Shown here in pieces: positions 23,376 through 25,880 of a stretch of DNA of 25,880 nucleotides (positions within the stretch are counted from its first letter, which is position 1; each line of letters opens with the position of its first letter). The position numbers and the translations under genes were made by a program. The notes beneath the pieces are model-generated. The model saw only the letters and a program-made list of their open reading frames with translations. It searched no databases and was not told the DNA's origin. The stretch is from Archangium sp. (GTDB lineage Bacteria; Myxococcota; Myxococcia; Myxococcales; Myxococcaceae): NCBI GenBank assembly GCA_031367385.1, contig JANLPS010000131.1, positions 1 to 25,880 of the forward strand, read 5' to 3'.

Positions 23376-25046
23376 ATGCTGACTTCATTGCCGCGCCTTC
23401 GCGGTGCGCTCGCTGCTGCCTTGATGCTGGTCTCGTGCGGTCTCAACCCGGTCGACGTCACCGAAGACGGAGAAGGCACCACCAAAGCCGACGAGTCGAC
23501 CGCCACGAGCGAGACGCTCACCACCGGCAGCCGGGTGCACCTCTTCCCGAAGATCTCTGAAGGCAACGCCCGTGTCAGCCCGACCCTGAGCGCGCACCTC
23601 ACCTATTACGGAGGCAAGGTCATCCCCAACGTGAAGGCGTACTCGGTCAACTGGGGTTCGGCGGTCAATTCGCGCATTCAGACCGGCATGCCGAACTTCT
23701 ACGCCGCCATCGGCGCCAGCAACATGTTCACCTGGCTCGGCGCTGAGTACTCGACGGTCGGCCTCAACGGCCAAGACGGCCAGCCCGGCTCGAACCAGAC
23801 GCTGGGCGCTGGCAGCTCGGGCGGCTCGTTCACGATTACGCCGTCGACCACCAGCAAGACGCTCACCGACGCGCAGATTCAGGCCGAGATCAGCGCGCAG
23901 ATCGCTGCCGGCAAGCTCCCCGCGGCTGACGACAATGCGTACTACGGCATCAATTTTCCCAAGGGCATCACGATCACCGACCAGGGTTCGAGCTCGTGCG
24001 TGCAGTTCTGCGCGTACCACGGCACCTTCAAGCGGGGCTCGCAGAACGTGTATTACGGCGTGCTCCCCAGCGTCGAGAGCGGCAGCGGGTGTGAGACGGG
24101 GTGCGGCTCGAACTCAGACTTCTTCAACAACGCGACCTCGGTCGCCTCGCACGAGTTGATCGAAGCGGTGACCGACGCCGAGGTCGGCCTGGGCACCACC
24201 GTCACCCGCCCGCTGGCCTGGTACGACGCCACCAACGGAGAGATCGGCGACATCTGCAACGCCTCGCAAGGCACCATCACCGACGCGGCGGGCACCAGCT
24301 GGGTCATTCAGAAAGAATTCGATAACGCGACCAGCACTTGCATCGCGACCAAGTCGGTCAGCTCCGACTTCACCATCGCGGTGACTCCGGCGAGCGGCAC
24401 GGTGGCGCAGGGCTCGACGGCGAGCTTCACGGTCAAGACGACCAACGTCGCGGGCAGCCCTTCGATTGCGCTGAGCGCGACCGGGTTGCCGTCGGGAGTC
24501 ACGGGCGCGTTTTCTCCGGCGACGGTCACCGCGGGCGGCAGCTCGACCTTCACGGTGACCGCGAGTGCTTCAGCGGCGACTGGCACGGCCTCGGTGAGCA
24601 TCAAGGGCACTGCGTCGGCGTCGTCGCACTCGGCCAGCGCGAGCTTGACGGTGACCTCGAGCGGCAGTGGCGGTGGCGCCGGTGGCGGCACCGGAGGCGG
24701 CGCGGGCGGTGGCGGCGGGGGCGGCACGACTGACCCGGCGCTGGCCATTGGCACCCCCATCGCGAACCTGGCCGGGGCGTCGGGCTCGACCAGCTTCTGG
24801 CAAATCACCGTGCCGGCGGGCCTCACCTCGCTCAAGGTCGCCATCACCGGCTCGTCGGCTTCGAGCAACGACGCCGACCTCTATGTGCGCGCTGGCTCGC
24901 ACCCGACGACCACCACCTACGACTGCCGCCCCTACAAGACCGGGTCGAACGAGAGCTGCACGTTCAACAAGCCGGCGGCGGGCACGTACTCCGTGATGCT
25001 GCGCGGTTACACGGCCTACTCGGGCGTGACGCTGAGCGCCAAGTAG
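23376..25046 (+). CDS. Lipoprotein: PHI-1/EXORDIUM-like domain, Ser/Thr-rich Ig-like domain, Gly linker and PPC domain
   Basis: GGAG SD; lipobox LVSC. LTYYGGKVI, FCAYHG, ASHELIEAVTD, WYD..NGEIGDIC; DFTIAVTPAS Ig-like repeat; PPC motif DADLYVRAGSHPT..YDCRPY..G.NESC...AGTYSVML.GY..YSGVTL. Confidence 0.88.
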   Translation: MLTSLPRLRGALAAALMLVSCGLNPVDVTEDGEGTTKADESTATSETLTTGSRVHLFPKISEGNARVSPTLSAHLTYYGGKVIPNVKAYSVNWGSAVNSRIQTGMPNFYAAIGASNMFTWLGAEYSTVGLNGQDGQPGSNQTLGAGSSGGSFTITPSTTSKTLTDAQIQAEISAQIAAGKLPAADDNAYYGINFPKGITITDQGSSSCVQFCAYHGTFKRGSQNVYYGVLPSVESGSGCETGCGSNSDFFNNATSVASHELIEAVTDAEVGLGTTVTRPLAWYDATNGEIGDICNASQGTITDAAGTSWVIQKEFDNATSTCIATKSVSSDFTIAVTPASGTVAQGSTASFTVKTTNVAGSPSIALSATGLPSGVTGAFSPATVTAGGSSTFTVTASASAATGTASVSIKGTASASSHSASASLTVTSSGSGGGAGGGTGGGAGGGGGGGTTDPALAIGTPIANLAGASGSTSFWQITVPAGLTSLKVAITGSSASSNDADLYVRAGSHPTTTTYDCRPYKTGSNESCTFNKPAAGTYSVMLRGYTAYSGVTLSAK

Positions 25047-25156
25047 CGTCGGCGGGGGTGGCGGGTGGTCCCCGAGGGGTGCCGAGCGCTCCCTGCGGGT
25101 GTCGCGGGGGTCCGGCGGGGGGTGGTGGGTGCTCCCGCCGCATTTCACAGCGCGGC

Positions 25157-25340
25157 GGCGGGGTGGTGCATCACAACGGCGGGGTGGTTCACGCGGCCGG
25201 CGGGGTGTTGCGGGTTGTGATGGCAGTGATTTCTGCGCTCGCCGCAGGGGTGGGTGCCCTCCCCGCAGTGATTTCTGCGCTCCCCGCAGTGGTGGGTGCG
25301 CTCCCCGCGCCGGTGGGGTCAGTCATCGCAGTGTCGGAGG
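25157..25340. repeat. Degenerate 21-bp periodic tandem tract (~9 units)
   Basis: GGCGGGGTG at 25157, 25178 and 25199. GCAG(T/G)G-type units follow in the same phase at 25223, 25244, 25265, 25286, 25307 (divergent) and 25328. GCAGTGATTTCTGCGCTC is identical at 25223 and 25265. Confidence 0.8.
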
Positions 25341-25520
25341 GGCTTTGATGAAGGCGGGTGGTTGGTGTTCGAGGGCAGAGCCGACAACGACCAGCTCCAT
25401 GGTGCGAGCGGCGAATGTCCTGATGAGGTGTCCTCCCCGCGAAGGTTTTCCGGATCGACAGGTCTGCTTACCACCGGCGCTCGAGGCGCCACACGCGAGT
25501 CCTGAAGCGGAGGTCGTAAG

Positions 25521-25880
25521 CGAAGCTGTCGATCTGAAATACCTCCGCGCCGCGGTGGTACTGCGTCACTCCTGGCCACGGCGCTCCTTGCGCCCTTCGT
25601 CTTGCACGGAATCGGCTCTGCGTGAATGCGCAACGCAGTTGTCATTCTGAAATCACCCGCGCCCGGGCGACACCTCGTCACTCTGGCGCTCGCGGCGAAG
25701 GGGCTCGTCTATGTGGCAGCGCGGAGGGTCAACCCCGCTCCCTTGCGCCTTCGTCGTGAACGGTATTTTGGTCGGGGGTGTGCATGGCGAGGGCGATCCT
25801 GACGGGTGCCCTCCCGGCGCGATGATTTCGAAATGACAACTGCGTTTCCCATTCGCCCGGCGACACTTCGTCACTCTGGC
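25521..25880. repeat. Mosaic direct + inverted repeat element (REP/BIME/MITE-like), cut by the window edge
   Basis: ~34-bp inverted pair 25632-25667 / 25813-25846 (AACGCAGTTGTCATT perfect over 15 bp). Direct repeat CGACAC(C/T)TCGTCACTCTGGC at 25668 and 25861. GCTCC(C)TTGCGCC(C)TTCGTC at 25583 and 25737. Confidence 0.75.

Noticed and set aside
24148..24175. Canonical HExxH zinc metalloprotease call
   Set aside because: The motif is HELIE, so it is kept only as a hypothesis.
24660..24726. GGC-rich repeat as a contingency locus
   Set aside because: Ordinary in-frame Gly linker with mixed codons.
440..24996. Many long overlapping or antisense ORFs (e.g. 1204-2223, 8490-9956, 11896-13680, 14884-16389, 20062-21255)
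   Set aside because: Shadow ORFs expected in high-GC DNA: Arg/Pro/Ala-rich, no motifs, overlapping well-supported genes.
25628..25850. Integron attC site
   Set aside because: The ends (GCGCAAC / GTTTCCC) do not fit RYYYAAC / GTTRRRY, and there is no cassette ORF or integrase.
25058..25874. ORFs 25058-25348, 25099-25650, 25319-25681 and 25653-25874 as genes
   Set aside because: No recognisable domains or clear SD, atypical codon usage, and they overlap DNA-level repeats.

Overview
GC-rich, gene-dense chromosomal segment whose gene content points to a myxobacterium (Myxococcota); the taxonomy is inferred from gene families only. The left part is housekeeping: a Bcp-type peroxiredoxin, an M50 site-2 protease with a TPR-like tail, dusB, and a partial branched-chain amino-acid ABC locus (livM-livG-livF). 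The rest is mostly cell-envelope genes: a ~1080-aa lipoprotein with six Ig/ASH-like repeats and a VWA domain followed by an OpgC/MdoC-like acyltransferase; two Cys-rich lipoproteins; a predicted ECF sigma / FecR-TPR anti-sigma / beta-rich protein / MtsD-like VWA lipoprotein operon; a TolB-N/CsgG-like protein coupled to a beta-propeller lipoprotein; and a PHI-1/EXORDIUM-like lipoprotein with a PPC domain. Two convergent DEAD-box helicases flank the ECF module, and one carries a very long tandem-repeat RG-rich insertion. Unexplained non-coding structure includes three palindromes phased at 23 bp (6069-6132), a hairpin-rich intergenic region (23182-23350), a 21-bp periodic tract (25157-25340), and a mosaic direct/inverted repeat element at the right edge (25521-25880). 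I found no tRNA, rRNA, CRISPR array or transposase. All family calls are from motif recognition by eye; no database search was run.
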